Source: Candidatus Bathyarchaeota archaeon
GTDB lineage: Archaea > Thermoproteota > Bathyarchaeia > Bathyarchaeales > Bathycorpusculaceae
Reading direction: 5' to 3'
Assembly (NCBI GenBank): GCA_963815095.1
Contig: CAWFFH010000003.1
Location: 1,280,001-1,344,000 of the forward strand
Length of the DNA stretch: 64,000 nt
A program made the translations under genes and the position numbers. Under the pieces are notes generated by a model, which ran no database searches, had not been told where the DNA came from, and saw only the letters and a list, made by a program, of their open reading frames with translations. How positions within the stretch are numbered: the stretch's first letter is position 1; each line of letters opens with the position of its first letter. This document shows positions 1 through 10,927 of this stretch, piece by piece.

Positions 1-2
1 GG

Positions 3-176
3 CTCACAGGGATCGTACATGTTTGCGGGGAAGAAAAGATGTCCATGTTTGATTTGGCTAAAATAACTACCCCTGATGTGAAGCCCATGACTCTGTTAGA
101 ATATAAAGGTCCACCTTTGACAGTAAATATGACTTTAAAGTCCATAAAAATAGGTGCCTTCAAAATAACAAAATAG
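3..176 (+). CDS. 3' end of an RmlD-like SDR reductase, truncated by window edge
   Basis: Frame 3 reads LTGIVHVCGEEKMSMFDLAK...KITK-stop; resembles the C-terminal 'G-I-Y-H...S-x-F-D/E-F/L-A' segment of RmlD-type proteins (compare LTGIYHMCGATRVSRFEFA in rmlD of this window). Confidence 0.5.
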   Translation, partial: LTGIVHVCGEEKMSMFDLAKITTPDVKPMTLLEYKGPPLTVNMTLKSIKIGAFKITK

Positions 177-366
177 CTGTTAAATTTCATACTTGAAGAT
201 AATTGGTATGCTTTCAAAACAAAGGCTACCTGTAAAAATGCAATAAAAGATATTAAAAAATTAAGCTTTAACCTAAAAAAACAACCTTTTCGTTTTCTTC
301 ACGAGAAGTAGAAAGGCTATTAAAGGTTAAACCAGTTTAACACCAATTTGGAGCTTTGGGAAAAAT

Positions 367-1266
367 ATGACTTTAGATGTAAGTATAGTCATTCCAACCT
401 ACAACCAAGATCCGGAATATTTGACCCAAGCAATTGAAAGTGTAGTGCAACAGTCGTATCCAAAACAGAAGTATGAAATTTTAGTTGTTGATGACGGAAG
501 TACAAAAATTCTACCTGATTCTGTCATCGAAAAGTTTCGCAATGAAAAAAATCTGCGTCTAATAAAGAAAAAACACGGTGGAACAGGCCACACTTTAAAC
601 GTCGGAATTATGCATATGCGAGGCAAATATTTCAAGTGGCTCAGCTCTGATGATGCTTTGCTTGAAAATTCGTTGGAAATCTTCATGAGCCAATCCCCTC
701 ACGAAAAAAAAATTTTGTACGGTGATTGGCTAAAAATTAATGAAAAAGGAGAAATATTCACGGTCCAACATGAACCTGCATTTGAGACTGCAGAAGCTGC
801 TGAACGTTACCTTTGGTGCTATTTTTTTGGTAATGGAACTGCATCCCTAATCCCAAAATCCGCTTTCGTTGAAGTTGGTCTTTTTGATTCTTTGCGATAT
901 TTCGAAGATTACGATTGGTGGCTAAGGGCAATGTTCCTGCACAATTATTCCTTTAAACACATCGATAAGATTGTTGCGAAATATCGTTTTCATTCTTCTC
1001 AATTAACATCGAACGTAGAAGCTCATCCTATAGACAAGGCATTGGTTAATTGGATGATTAGGAGACGAGTGTATTTGGCTATGGACGAAACTAAACGCTC
1101 AAATGTTAGTCCAGTTCCATCGCTCGCTTTCCTAAGCAAACGGTTACTGTTTATAAAAGGCTCTACATTGTACAGTAAAATAACCGAATCTGCAAATGAA
1201 GCTTCCAAAATTAAATTGGCAAAAGTTCCCGCTCTATTGTATTCGGCACTTCAATCGCTTGCGTAA
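367..1266 (+). CDS. Glycosyltransferase family 2
   Basis: VSIVIPTYN, EILVVDDGST, WLSSDD, EDYDWWLR GT-A motifs. Confidence 0.92.
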   Translation: MTLDVSIVIPTYNQDPEYLTQAIESVVQQSYPKQKYEILVVDDGSTKILPDSVIEKFRNEKNLRLIKKKHGGTGHTLNVGIMHMRGKYFKWLSSDDALLENSLEIFMSQSPHEKKILYGDWLKINEKGEIFTVQHEPAFETAEAAERYLWCYFFGNGTASLIPKSAFVEVGLFDSLRYFEDYDWWLRAMFLHNYSFKHIDKIVAKYRFHSSQLTSNVEAHPIDKALVNWMIRRRVYLAMDETKRSNVSPVPSLAFLSKRLLFIKGSTLYSKITESANEASKIKLAKVPALLYSALQSLA

Positions 1267-1830
1267 CTATGTTACGGGTTCTTCGTTAGCTTGCAGTCTT
1301 TCATTTGTGAAGCCCTATTTGTCTATCTAAGCTTCCAAGGTTTTCATCGATGCGGATATAGGATTAGTCGTTATCATAAGTTTGCTTAGATCTATGCCGC
1401 TAAAATTTCCAGAGATAGATTTGGAAATGAGAACTCCCTTTGTTCGCTTACTTCAAATCAGGTTTTGTAAAGTAGTCATTTTCCTTTTTTCAATATAAAT
1501 TTTCAGTATGGGTTAACTTACGTTTCAGTTACTTCTACGTCCAGGCTTCATTTCCATTTTACTTTTGGCTAGGCTAATTTTAATAAAAGAAATAAATTTT
1601 CAGAATTGCTTTGTGGAGTTGATGTTCAATTTAAATCCCGAAGAGTTAGGTCACAAACACAAAAAGGCGCAAATAAATGTTCAAACAGAATCATAGTTCA
1701 AAAAATAAAAAAGGGATGATGTGGCATCACTCTTCAGGTATCTGGGATTTAATGTTGACTATAACGTGTTAATCGGTGATTCCATCATTTGTTTGCTAAA
1801 AAAGTTAGAGAAGGAATTTTCGGCAAGATC

Positions 1831-2793
1831 CTATTTTTGGTTCTTTAGGTTTGCGATTACCTTGTCTAGTCCTTCGCTTAAAGTATATTTTGGTGACCAG
1901 TTGACGTCTTTCTTAATTTTCTCAGCATCAAGCACTAGGTAGGGTTGGTCAGATGATAGTGGTCTAAGCGGGTACCCTGGAGGATAAGATCCGAATTTTA
2001 TCCTCTTAGTCTCGTATCCTAACTTCTTGGCTATCATTTCAACCAGTTGCCTATTTGTTACTCCGATTCCAGTGCCTGCGTTGTAAACTTGTCCATCTGC
2101 TTTTGGATTTTTGGCGACAAGAAGATAAGCATTAACGTGGTCATCCACATACATGTAATCCCTCACGGAGTCAGGGGCGCCAATATACAAGCTACCGTCT
2201 TTCAGCATCTGAGTGATTAAGTATTCAATCATGAAATTCCTTTCAAATTTCCTGCCGTAAGAGTTGGTTGGTCTCATTACCGTGCCATGGAGATCAAAGG
2301 AATTAAACATCATCTGCAAGTACAAGTCCCCTGCGGCTTTAGTTACCGCGTAAGGACTTGACGGTTTTAGCGAAAGTGTCTCTTTTAGTGGCTCATTTCC
2401 TTGTATACCATACACTTCAGCGGTTGAGGCGGCAATCAACCTTCGTTTTTGTGGGTCAGGTAACTCTAATAATGAATGAGCTACGTTCATAGTGCCTGTG
2501 AAATTCGCCTGTTGATATTCAAATGGACGCTCGAAGGAATCGCGAACTGGACTTAGGGCGGCTAAGTGAAACACAACATCGGGGTTTGAAATTTTCAGGG
2601 CATTCCGGGTAGATGCATAGTCTGTGATGTCTCCTGATACTAGTGTTACGTCTTTGACAGTTTTACCGAGTACATCCAAGTTTCTGCTAGCTACGCGACG
2701 GACAAGTCCATAAACCTCGTTTCCCTCATTCACCAGTTTCTCTGCAAGATTACTTCCAATGAAACCCAGTATTCCTGTAATGAGCGCTTTCAT
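1831..2793 (-). CDS. NAD-dependent epimerase/dehydratase (GDP-mannose 4,6-dehydratase-like extended SDR)
   Basis: ALITGILGFIG Rossmann motif, FHLAA, STAEVYG, YxxxK (PYAVTK). Confidence 0.9.
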   Translation of the reverse strand: MKALITGILGFIGSNLAEKLVNEGNEVYGLVRRVASRNLDVLGKTVKDVTLVSGDITDYASTRNALKISNPDVVFHLAALSPVRDSFERPFEYQQANFTGTMNVAHSLLELPDPQKRRLIAASTAEVYGIQGNEPLKETLSLKPSSPYAVTKAAGDLYLQMMFNSFDLHGTVMRPTNSYGRKFERNFMIEYLITQMLKDGSLYIGAPDSVRDYMYVDDHVNAYLLVAKNPKADGQVYNAGTGIGVTNRQLVEMIAKKLGYETKRIKFGSYPPGYPLRPLSSDQPYLVLDAEKIKKDVNWSPKYTLSEGLDKVIANLKNQK

Positions 2794-3509
2794 TTTTTAG
2801 GACCTCGTATAGATTCAAATTCTTTTTCCGCTACTGATAAGTCTTTAATGCTATTAATGGTTAGCCATCGCTCATTCTTGCTAAAGCGGTATGCTTTAAG
2901 GAGTCTTTTTTCTGCGAGCGCTGGAAAAGCTGTTTTCTCAATAGCTCCTGTAGTTGGCAAATAGTCACAAATGGCATGATTGAAAACATAAATACCTGCA
3001 TTTATCAACTTGTCCTCAAGCAAAGGCTTTTCTTTGAATTCCACAATGTCATTCCCATTTAACTCAAGCACTGCGAATGGTGATTGCATGGGTGACACCG
3101 CGATTGTTGCTATGCCTTTTTGGCAAAAATGGAAATCGACAAATTTCTCAAGGTTCAAGTTTGTTAGTTCGTCGCCGTTCATAGCGAGGAAATTTTCGTC
3201 GTTCACGTGTCTTTTAATGGCTAGTCGAAAACCTTCTCCCGTTTCACCTTCTTGAGTATGCTCACTGAAATCAACACAGATTCCAACGGGGTTTTCTTTA
3301 ACATAGTTAATTACTGCTTCTTTGCGGTGAGAAACGCCTAGAACCACATGTTCAAAGCCCTGGTCTCGAAGCCAACTGAGTGTCCAATGCAAAAGAGGTT
3401 TTCCACGTAAGGGGATCATACATTTAGGCAGGTCTTCTGTGAGAGGTCGCATGCGAAGCCCTGATCCACCCACAAGAACTACAGCAGTTCGAATTTTCAG
3501 CGTCATCAT
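2790..3509 (-). CDS. Sugar-phosphate nucleotidyltransferase (NTP_transferase family)
   Basis: GGSGLRMRPLTEDLPKCM, NGD, FKEKP, INAGIYVF; ATGA overlap with the downstream gene. Confidence 0.9.
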   Translation of the reverse strand: MMTLKIRTAVVLVGGSGLRMRPLTEDLPKCMIPLRGKPLLHWTLSWLRDQGFEHVVLGVSHRKEAVINYVKENPVGICVDFSEHTQEGETGEGFRLAIKRHVNDENFLAMNGDELTNLNLEKFVDFHFCQKGIATIAVSPMQSPFAVLELNGNDIVEFKEKPLLEDKLINAGIYVFNHAICDYLPTTGAIEKTAFPALAEKRLLKAYRFSKNERWLTINSIKDLSVAEKEFESIRGPKK

Positions 3510-3659
3510 TGGTCACTTTAGAGTTTCCTGAATTATTGGAAGCACTTTATACACTTTGAAGTCTTTAAGGTTTATGTGATTATACCTAAATTCAAACAAA
3601 TGTTTTTAGCGCCATTTTATTTATTAGAAGGCTGCTTTCTAAATAGAAAATGGTGCAAC

Positions 3660-5726
3660 ATGAAGATAATCAACTTGTTAACTGGTAGAGAATTTGGGGT
3701 TTTATCAGTATCTATTCTTTACGTTGTACTTTCTGTTTTCTTTCTTTTTGGTTTAATAGTTAGCTCTGGAGACGTAGCACAGGGCGATTGGGGAACTCCT
3801 TTAACTGCAAGTGCAGCAGTGAACGATTTTAGCTCCCGCCTGTTTGTTCATTCATACAATGGTTTTGGTGAACCAAGTATGGGACGTTTTGGTCTTCCTT
3901 TTTTCCAGTTTTTTAATGCTGCTTTGGCTCCACTTGGTTTCGTGGGTGGAGTTGAAATCAAAATTTTATCAGTTTTCCTTGTTGCTTTGGGAGGAATAAC
4001 TGCTTACATCCTGGCAAGATCATTTCGGTTAAACAAACTTTCTTCTTTTTTGTGCGGATTATTTTTCATGACTACCCCCGTAGTTTTCAACTGGCTTATG
4101 TTCGGATGGATCTACTACTTAATTGCCTACGACCTTTTTCCGCTCATGATTCTCGCATCCAAGAAATTCATAGAAACAAATCAAATACGCTTTGCGTTAA
4201 TTAATGGCTTGATTTTGGTGGCTGCTACCTCTCAGCCTGCTTTTCTCTTGGTTTTCCCAACGGTGGGTTTTCTTTTTGTTTTGTTTGAATGTCGAGGCTT
4301 CTTTAATGCTGTGTGGAAAGGGTTGTCCTTCACTTTTGTTTCTTTATCCGTTTGGTTTTTATCAGCTCTGAGCTTTTTTACATCATACAATAATGGTGAA
4401 ACATTATCTTTCTACCATGGTGACTATTTTGGAGTAATTCAGGATCAATTTAGAAATTTCGCGAACATCATAAATCCAACCCGATTGTGGGGAAGCACGT
4501 ATAACTTTCAGTTTGAAACCTATTTTTTCCATGATCTAATTATTTTGTCTTTTGTTCCAATAGTTTTGGCTGCGGTGGCGTTGTTGTGGAGACCGAAAGA
4601 TAAGCGGGTGCTTTTCTTCTTTCTGACTTATCTGTTTGCCCTTTTTGCTTATGTTATCTATAATAATCTGCAATTTTTGGTTTTTAATTTGCCCTTCGGC
4701 GGCGTATTTGAGGCTCCGAGTGTTTTTTTGGTTCCCGCAAGTCTTGGTTTAGCGTTCTTAATTGGTTACTTCAATAATATTCTTCCTTCTTGGAGCAAAT
4801 TTAGTCGCATCTTCCGTGTTCGCTTGGTCAAGCACGCCTCTTTTCTCTTGCTTTTAGTTGTAGTTATCTCTGTTGGCATTCCATGGTGGAGTGGTCAAAC
4901 TTCAGGTGAGCCACTTCGTGGTCCTACTACAAAATTGAATTTGTATTCTATGCCTTCTGGTTTTACAGAATGGAACAAGAATGCTTCAAGTAACGGGGAC
5001 TACTTTGTGCTTTATGTGCCCTTTGATACTAATCTGCAGATTGCAAATAGTACTTATTTCTCTCAAACGTACGAGGGCGTTAACATGGGCGTTTTTACAG
5101 AAGTTAATAATTTGCCTTATGTTTCTGTTACTAATTCTTCCTTGTTTTTGGGTGAGTTGATGAGTGGAGCTTCGGGCCTTGCTGAGAGCTGGGGCAACTT
5201 TAGTATAAAGTATGTAGTGGTTTACACTGATGTTTTGAGTGCTTATAATATGACTGATATTTTGGCTCATTTATCCATCGAGGAAGGATTGGTGGAGATT
5301 GAGCGTTTACCGGGGGTTGTTGTTTTTGAGAACTCGTTTGCTAAACCAGTAATTTATACCGACAACAATAGTGCTGAGATGCAAATCACATATTCTGACC
5401 CGACTTTGTTTAAGATCCAAGTTAACTCAACCATGCCCTTTTCAATAGTATTTAACCAGCTTTACTCTAACAGTTGGCGTGCTTGGGTTAACAACACTGC
5501 TTTGTCTGATTCAGCCCACTTCAAAAACCCCGATGGCTTTAATTGTTGGCAAATAAACCAAACTGGAAATATGACTATTGACCTTTACTACGAGCCGCAA
5601 ACAACCTACTTGATCAGTACAATAATATCAATAAGTACTCTAATTGTTATTTTGGTTTATCTATTACTTGTACTTATCCGAAAAAAGCTAAGCGTTACGC
5701 TTGTAGGTCGCTTGAGAAAAGTTTGA
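3660..5726 (+). CDS. Multi-pass membrane protein, GT-C/YfhO-like, with extracellular C-terminal domain
   Basis: Many hydrophobic segments, GDW motif in first loop, C-terminal 'FNQLYSNSWRAWVN...NCWQI...YYEPQ' plus final TM; likely start is ATG 3660 rather than GTG 3576. Confidence 0.65.
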   Translation: MKIINLLTGREFGVLSVSILYVVLSVFFLFGLIVSSGDVAQGDWGTPLTASAAVNDFSSRLFVHSYNGFGEPSMGRFGLPFFQFFNAALAPLGFVGGVEIKILSVFLVALGGITAYILARSFRLNKLSSFLCGLFFMTTPVVFNWLMFGWIYYLIAYDLFPLMILASKKFIETNQIRFALINGLILVAATSQPAFLLVFPTVGFLFVLFECRGFFNAVWKGLSFTFVSLSVWFLSALSFFTSYNNGETLSFYHGDYFGVIQDQFRNFANIINPTRLWGSTYNFQFETYFFHDLIILSFVPIVLAAVALLWRPKDKRVLFFFLTYLFALFAYVIYNNLQFLVFNLPFGGVFEAPSVFLVPASLGLAFLIGYFNNILPSWSKFSRIFRVRLVKHASFLLLLVVVISVGIPWWSGQTSGEPLRGPTTKLNLYSMPSGFTEWNKNASSNGDYFVLYVPFDTNLQIANSTYFSQTYEGVNMGVFTEVNNLPYVSVTNSSLFLGELMSGASGLAESWGNFSIKYVVVYTDVLSAYNMTDILAHLSIEEGLVEIERLPGVVVFENSFAKPVIYTDNNSAEMQITYSDPTLFKIQVNSTMPFSIVFNQLYSNSWRAWVNNTALSDSAHFKNPDGFNCWQINQTGNMTIDLYYEPQTTYLISTIISISTLIVILVYLLLVLIRKKLSVTLVGRLRKV

Positions 5727-6127
5727 TGGGTTTGTCTCTGTTTGTGGTTTTATCGGTGAAATTCTAAAATAATGTTACCTTTGCCCCTTCGTTTCATTAA
5801 TGATGTTTATCATGTTCATCGCGGTTGAATTAATCAAGAAATGCGGTTTTGTGCTTGGATAAAATTAGCCTTCGTTATTTGAAAGTATATAATAATATAT
5901 ATTTAACTTCACATAACGATTGCACTATTAACTGATTTGGGCAGGTTGATAAACAAGTTTGAATAAACTTTCAATATCAAGTGCACGAACGGGTCAAACC
6001 CTACAGCTCAGCAATCAATTGTTTCAATTAACTCAGTTATTTCAATTGGCGGTGACTGAGTAATTAACAGTTTTTCAAGAATTGAGGGAATTTCTCCCTA
6101 TTTATTTTAAGCTCATTTGGTGATTTA

Positions 6128-7209
6128 TTGAACATTTGCCTTCTAACCAACAACGCAAATATGAATACAGGTCACGGCATTGATAGGTACGCTTTAGAAT
6201 TAATCAAGAGGATAAACCATAATCACGATTAACAGTTTTAAATCAGGGTAATTTGTCGAACGGTATTTACTGGGCTTTGAATGAGTTGATTCAGCCTATG
6301 AGAGCCATTTCTGTTCATGCTGATATTTATCATGCTGTTTCTCAACAAATCGCTAAAGCAGCACTATTTACAATGAAGCGGCCGTTGGTGACGACTATTC
6401 ATGATTTAATTCCATTCAAAAATTCATTAACTGCATTCTATACGGATAAAGACTTATCGGGTGATTCTCTTCGCTTTAAGTATATGCAATTTTGTACTTT
6501 GATCGCTGCAAAAAGTGACTTAATAATAGCTCCATTTGAAATAACTCGTAAAGATATTGTCTCTGAGTTAAAAGTTAGTAATAAGAAAATTAGGGTAATT
6601 TCTTACGGAGTAGACACTGTATTTTTCAAGCCTCTTGAATTATCTAATGCTGAAAATAAGAAGAAAGGCGGGAAAAGGGTAGTTCTCACTGTTGGTGGTT
6701 TTAATCCTCGAAAAGGTACCGACAAGTTGATGGAGGCATTTGCAAAAGTTGTAAGAGAACACCCCAATGTTGAATTGTGGATTTGTGGGAAATGGAATTT
6801 TTATCATGGTAACGCTCTAGCGAAAGAACTTGGCATTATTGACAACGTGAAAATACTAGGTCATGTTCCAGATTCCTTACTTCCTACATACTATAATTTG
6901 GCCGATTTAGTTGTTTTGCCCTACAGAATCGGTTTTTCCTTACCTGTTCTGGAAGCCATGGCTTGTGGAAAAGCTGTTATTACAAGCGATACAGCTGATT
7001 TGAAGGAGATTGTTGGTGGTTTTGTCGAGATGGTTTGTCCTGTTGATGTGGATAAACTTGCAGAATCCATGAATAATTTACTTTCTGACGATACTGTGAG
7101 AGAAGAGTTGGGTCAACGTGCATTGAGCAAAGCCCAATTATTGTCCTGGGATAAGATGGCAATAAAAACTATGGCGGTTTATTCTGAATTGTTTTCTTCA
7201 AAATTATAA
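6128..7209 (+). CDS. Glycosyltransferase family 4, one frameshift near 6225
   Basis: VTTIHD, PRKG, FSLPVLEAMACG, SWDKMA; N-terminus MNICLLTNN...GIDRYALEL starts at TTG 6128 in a different frame from ORF 6253..7209. Confidence 0.85.
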
Positions 7210-7417
7210 TCTTCGAATTAATTCGAAAAACTTCCACATTTGGTTTTTTTGTTTTTCGTTTAATTTTTTCATGGGTGAAAAGATATAATAAGTAAAATAT
7301 TCATAGAGAGCCAAAGAATAGCTCTTTAGGAGAAATATTAAGCATGATGGCAGTTACCAAGTTGCAGGGAGAATTACACGCTCATCCTAAGTTATTAGAT
7401 CAAAATGGTGAGTAAAC

Positions 7418-7819
7418 TTGGAAGAAATCAAATCTAGCACTGGTTCTACAATTGCTATTGTTGTAAGAAGAGATTTCAATAGAGAAGGTGCAAACTTTTT
7501 GTCAAAAGAAACTTTTCCTTTTCAGTTAGGGGTTAGCAGTTATAAGGAAGGACATAAAATTAAAAGTCATTTTCATAAAAAAAGAGAAGTTGTGGTTAAT
7601 AGTATTCAAGAAGTAATTTATTTTAAGAGCGGGAAAGCACTCGTGACCCTCTATGATTTGGATAAGAAGTTGATTAAATCGTTAAGCCTATCGGCAGGAG
7701 ATCTGATATTTCTAGTTGATGGTGGGCATGGATTTGAAATGTCTGAAGATACAACTTTCATTGAAGTGAAGCAAGGGCCTTATTTGGGGAAAGATAAGGA
7801 TAAAGAATTCATCGAGTAA
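7418..7819 (+). CDS. Cupin-fold protein associated with sugar-biosynthesis clusters
   Basis: HxH...QEV, GGHGFEM, EVKQGPY cupin-like motifs; lies upstream of DegT and gmd. Confidence 0.7.
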   Translation: MEEIKSSTGSTIAIVVRRDFNREGANFLSKETFPFQLGVSSYKEGHKIKSHFHKKREVVVNSIQEVIYFKSGKALVTLYDLDKKLIKSLSLSAGDLIFLVDGGHGFEMSEDTTFIEVKQGPYLGKDKDKEFIE

Positions 7820-7860
7820 GTGAAATGAATATATGGATGCAGATTTGGGTGCGTGATTAA

Positions 7861-8976
7861 ATGATTCCTGTATGTGTTCCATTGTTGATAGGAAACGAAC
7901 TTGAATACCTCAAAAACTGTATTGATACTAACTGGATATCTTCAAAAGGACGTTTCGTTGATGAATTTGAGAAAAAGTTTTCACAGTATTGCAACTGTAA
8001 TTATGGAATAACCACTACTAATGGAACTTCGAGCATACATTTGGCTTTAGCGTCGATAGGTTTGGAAAAAAGCGATGAAGTTATCGTGCCGGCTTTTACA
8101 ATGATTGGCTCTGTTTTTCCGATAATCTACTGCGGCGCAAAACCGGTATTGGTGGATTGTGAGCCGCAAACATGGACCATTGATGTAAATCAGATAGAGG
8201 CAAAAATTTCTGAAAAAACCAAAGCAATAATGCCCGTTCACATATATGGTCATCCGTGCGACATGGATCCAATCCTTAGAATTGCGAAAAAACACGGTTT
8301 ATTTGTAATTGAGGATGCTGCTGAAGCACACGGTGCCGAATACAAAGAAAGAAAAACAGGCGGGATAGGTGATATTGGATGTTTCAGTTTCTATGCCAAC
8401 AAAATAATCACTTGCGGAGAAGGAGGCATGATGGTTACAAACAATGAAGCCTTAGCAAAGCATGCGAGGTCTCTTAAGGACCTGTCTTTTGAAAGTGGGA
8501 GAGGTAGGATTTATTTACATTCTGAGATAGGTTACAATTATAGGATGACAAATCTTCAAGCTGCTGTTGGCTTAGCTCAATTTGAGCATATTGACGAGTT
8601 TGTTAAGATGAGGCGGCGTAATGCAGAAATTTATACTGAGTATCTAAAGGATGTTCCTGGTTTGAGTTTACCTGTGCAGGAAAAATGGGCGAAGAATGTA
8701 TATTGGATGTATTCTATTTTGGTTGAGCCCAATTTTGGTTTGAGTCGGGATGAACTGATGAAGGAGTTAGCGAAAAGGGGTGTGGAGACAAGGTCATTTT
8801 TTGTTTCCATGAGTGGGCAACCTGTTTTTAAAAATATGGGTTTGTTTGAAGGAGAACAGTATCCTGTGGCTGAGGGTTTGTCAAGGAAAGGGTTGTATTT
8901 GCCTTCGAGTTCAGGGTTACGAAAAGATGAAATCCAGTTCGTATGTGAATCAATTGTTGATATTAGTTCGAAATAA
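7861..8976 (+). CDS. DegT/DnrJ/EryC1/StrS aminotransferase, GDP-perosamine synthase-like
   Basis: IEDAAEAHGA, FSFYANKIITCGEGGM (PLP lysine), GYNYRMTNLQAAVG, LYLPS. Confidence 0.92.
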   Translation: MIPVCVPLLIGNELEYLKNCIDTNWISSKGRFVDEFEKKFSQYCNCNYGITTTNGTSSIHLALASIGLEKSDEVIVPAFTMIGSVFPIIYCGAKPVLVDCEPQTWTIDVNQIEAKISEKTKAIMPVHIYGHPCDMDPILRIAKKHGLFVIEDAAEAHGAEYKERKTGGIGDIGCFSFYANKIITCGEGGMMVTNNEALAKHARSLKDLSFESGRGRIYLHSEIGYNYRMTNLQAAVGLAQFEHIDEFVKMRRRNAEIYTEYLKDVPGLSLPVQEKWAKNVYWMYSILVEPNFGLSRDELMKELAKRGVETRSFFVSMSGQPVFKNMGLFEGEQYPVAEGLSRKGLYLPSSSGLRKDEIQFVCESIVDISSK

Positions 8977-9088
8977 TTTTTGTGTTTTGTTATTGTATAG
9001 TTGCGTGCGTTATCCAAAATAAAAAAGCTTGATTATGGAAACTGTTAAATTTGTTCAATATCAATAAAACCTAACGAATTGGGTTAAA

Positions 9089-10144
9089 ATGGCTAAACGT
9101 GCTTTGATTACGGGAATTACAGGTCAAGACGGCGCATACCTAGCTAAGTTGTTGCTAGATAAAGGATATGAGGTATTTGGAACTTTCAGGCGACTATCAA
9201 CGCCGAACTTTTGGCGATTACAGTATCTTGGAATTTTTGACAAAATTACTTTTTTTTCAGCAGATTTGGTTGATTTTACCTCGTTAATTGAAGTTGTCAA
9301 AATAAATAATCTTGAAGAAGTTTATAATTTGGCGGCTCAAAGTTTTGTTGGGACTTCTTTTGAACAGCCTATTAGCACAAGCGATATTACCGCTTTGGGT
9401 GTTACCCGCATATTGGAAGCCATTCGACATACTAACCCTAAAATAAAGTTTTATCAAGCTTCAACAAGTGAACTCTATGGAAATGGTCATTGTGAGAGTT
9501 TAACTGAAGAATCCTCTTTTAAGCCCTCAAGCCCCTATGCCGCAGCTAAACTTTATGGTTATTGGGCGACCAGGATTTATCGAGATGGGTATAATCTTTT
9601 TTCTTGCAATGGTATTTTGTTCAATCATGAAAGCCCAATTAGAGGCTTAGAATTTGTTACCCGAAAACTGTCCAATGCGGCTGCGAAAATTGCTCTCGGT
9701 TTAGAAAAGGAGGTTTCTTTAGGCAATTTAGATACTTCAAGAGACTGGGGGTATGCACCTGATTATGTCAATTCAATGTGGTTAATGTTACAACAAAAAA
9801 CTCCCGGTGACTATGTTATTGCTACAAATGAAGCGCATTCGGTGGGGGAGTTTGCCCAAAAAGCTTTTGAAGTTGTTGGGTTAGATTGGCAAAAATATGT
9901 GAAAGTAGATCGAAGATTTATGAGGCCTTTGGATGTAAAGTTTTTGCGCGGCGATTTTTCGAAGGCAAAAAAGGAGCTAGGTTGGACACCTACTGTGAAT
10001 TTTGAAGCGCTTGTAAAAATTATGGTTAAAGAAGATCTTCATCGTTGGGAGCGCTGGCAGAAGGGTGAGAGTTTTCCTTGGGATGCTTCCTGTTACCCTG
10101 ATGAAAGCAAAATTATATCTAGATATCAAAGCCTTGACAGATAA
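9089..10144 (+). CDS. gmd: GDP-mannose 4,6-dehydratase
   Basis: ALITGITGQDGAYLA, NLAAQSFV, FYQASTSELYG, GILFNHESPIRG, RDWGYA. Confidence 0.96.
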   Translation: MAKRALITGITGQDGAYLAKLLLDKGYEVFGTFRRLSTPNFWRLQYLGIFDKITFFSADLVDFTSLIEVVKINNLEEVYNLAAQSFVGTSFEQPISTSDITALGVTRILEAIRHTNPKIKFYQASTSELYGNGHCESLTEESSFKPSSPYAAAKLYGYWATRIYRDGYNLFSCNGILFNHESPIRGLEFVTRKLSNAAAKIALGLEKEVSLGNLDTSRDWGYAPDYVNSMWLMLQQKTPGDYVIATNEAHSVGEFAQKAFEVVGLDWQKYVKVDRRFMRPLDVKFLRGDFSKAKKELGWTPTVNFEALVKIMVKEDLHRWERWQKGESFPWDASCYPDESKIISRYQSLDR

Positions 10145-10919
10145 CTCAGAGGAATTCTCATTGAAGCCCTGCAAAAGTTTTGATTTTTCTTCTGAGTTCT
10201 ACGATTTACTCTATAGCGACAAGGATTATGAAAAAGAAACTGATTTTGTTGAGGAGATTTTTTCGTTTTTTGGCAAGCCCGCAGTCGTTCTTGAGGTTGG
10301 TTGTGGTACGGGTAATTATACGCGGATTTTTCGTAAGAGAGGTTATGAAGTTTCTGGACTCGACATCTCCGAAAAAATGATTGATGGGGCGAAAGTGAAA
10401 TGTGATTGTGCTTTTCAGGTGGGTGATGTTCGTAGTTTTTCTTTGGAGCGCAAGTTTGACGCTTGTGTTGCATTGTTTGCTGTAATGGGTTACATGACTG
10501 AGAATTCGGACGTTATGAATGCATTCCGTAATGTTCGCAAACATTTGAAATCGGATGGCTTGTTTGTATTTGATGTATGGAATGGGTTGGCGGTTTTACG
10601 TACTCTTCCAGAAACAAGAGTTAAAGAAGTTGAAGATGCCGATACAAAGATTTTGCGGGTTGCATGTCCCACTTTGGAGTCTTTCAAACATCTTTGCGTT
10701 GTAGATTACAAATATTTCGTTCTGGACAAAAAAAATCGGACTTTCCAGGAATTAAGCGAAAGTCACGTTATGCGTTTTTATTTTCCTCAAGAGATAAAAT
10801 TCTTTCTTGAACAATCTGGGTTTGAGGTTTTGAAGGTTTGTCCTTTTCTTGATTTTTCAGGTGTTGTTGATGAGACGGTTTGGAATATGACTGTGGTTGC
10901 CCGAGCTAGTAAGTTATAA
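10134..10919 (+). CDS. Class I SAM-dependent methyltransferase, sugar methyltransferase-like
   Basis: YDLLYSDKDY, VLEVGCGTG, GLDIS, LKSDGLFVFD; start placed at TTG 10134 overlapping the gmd end (uncertain). Confidence 0.85.
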   Translation: MTDNSEEFSLKPCKSFDFSSEFYDLLYSDKDYEKETDFVEEIFSFFGKPAVVLEVGCGTGNYTRIFRKRGYEVSGLDISEKMIDGAKVKCDCAFQVGDVRSFSLERKFDACVALFAVMGYMTENSDVMNAFRNVRKHLKSDGLFVFDVWNGLAVLRTLPETRVKEVEDADTKILRVACPTLESFKHLCVVDYKYFVLDKKNRTFQELSESHVMRFYFPQEIKFFLEQSGFEVLKVCPFLDFSGVVDETVWNMTVVARASKL

Positions 10920-10927
10920 TCGTCAAT

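Noticed and set aside
1267-1830. Possible degraded gene in the long spacer after the first GT2
   Set aside because: No convincing motif in any frame by eye; would need BLASTX.
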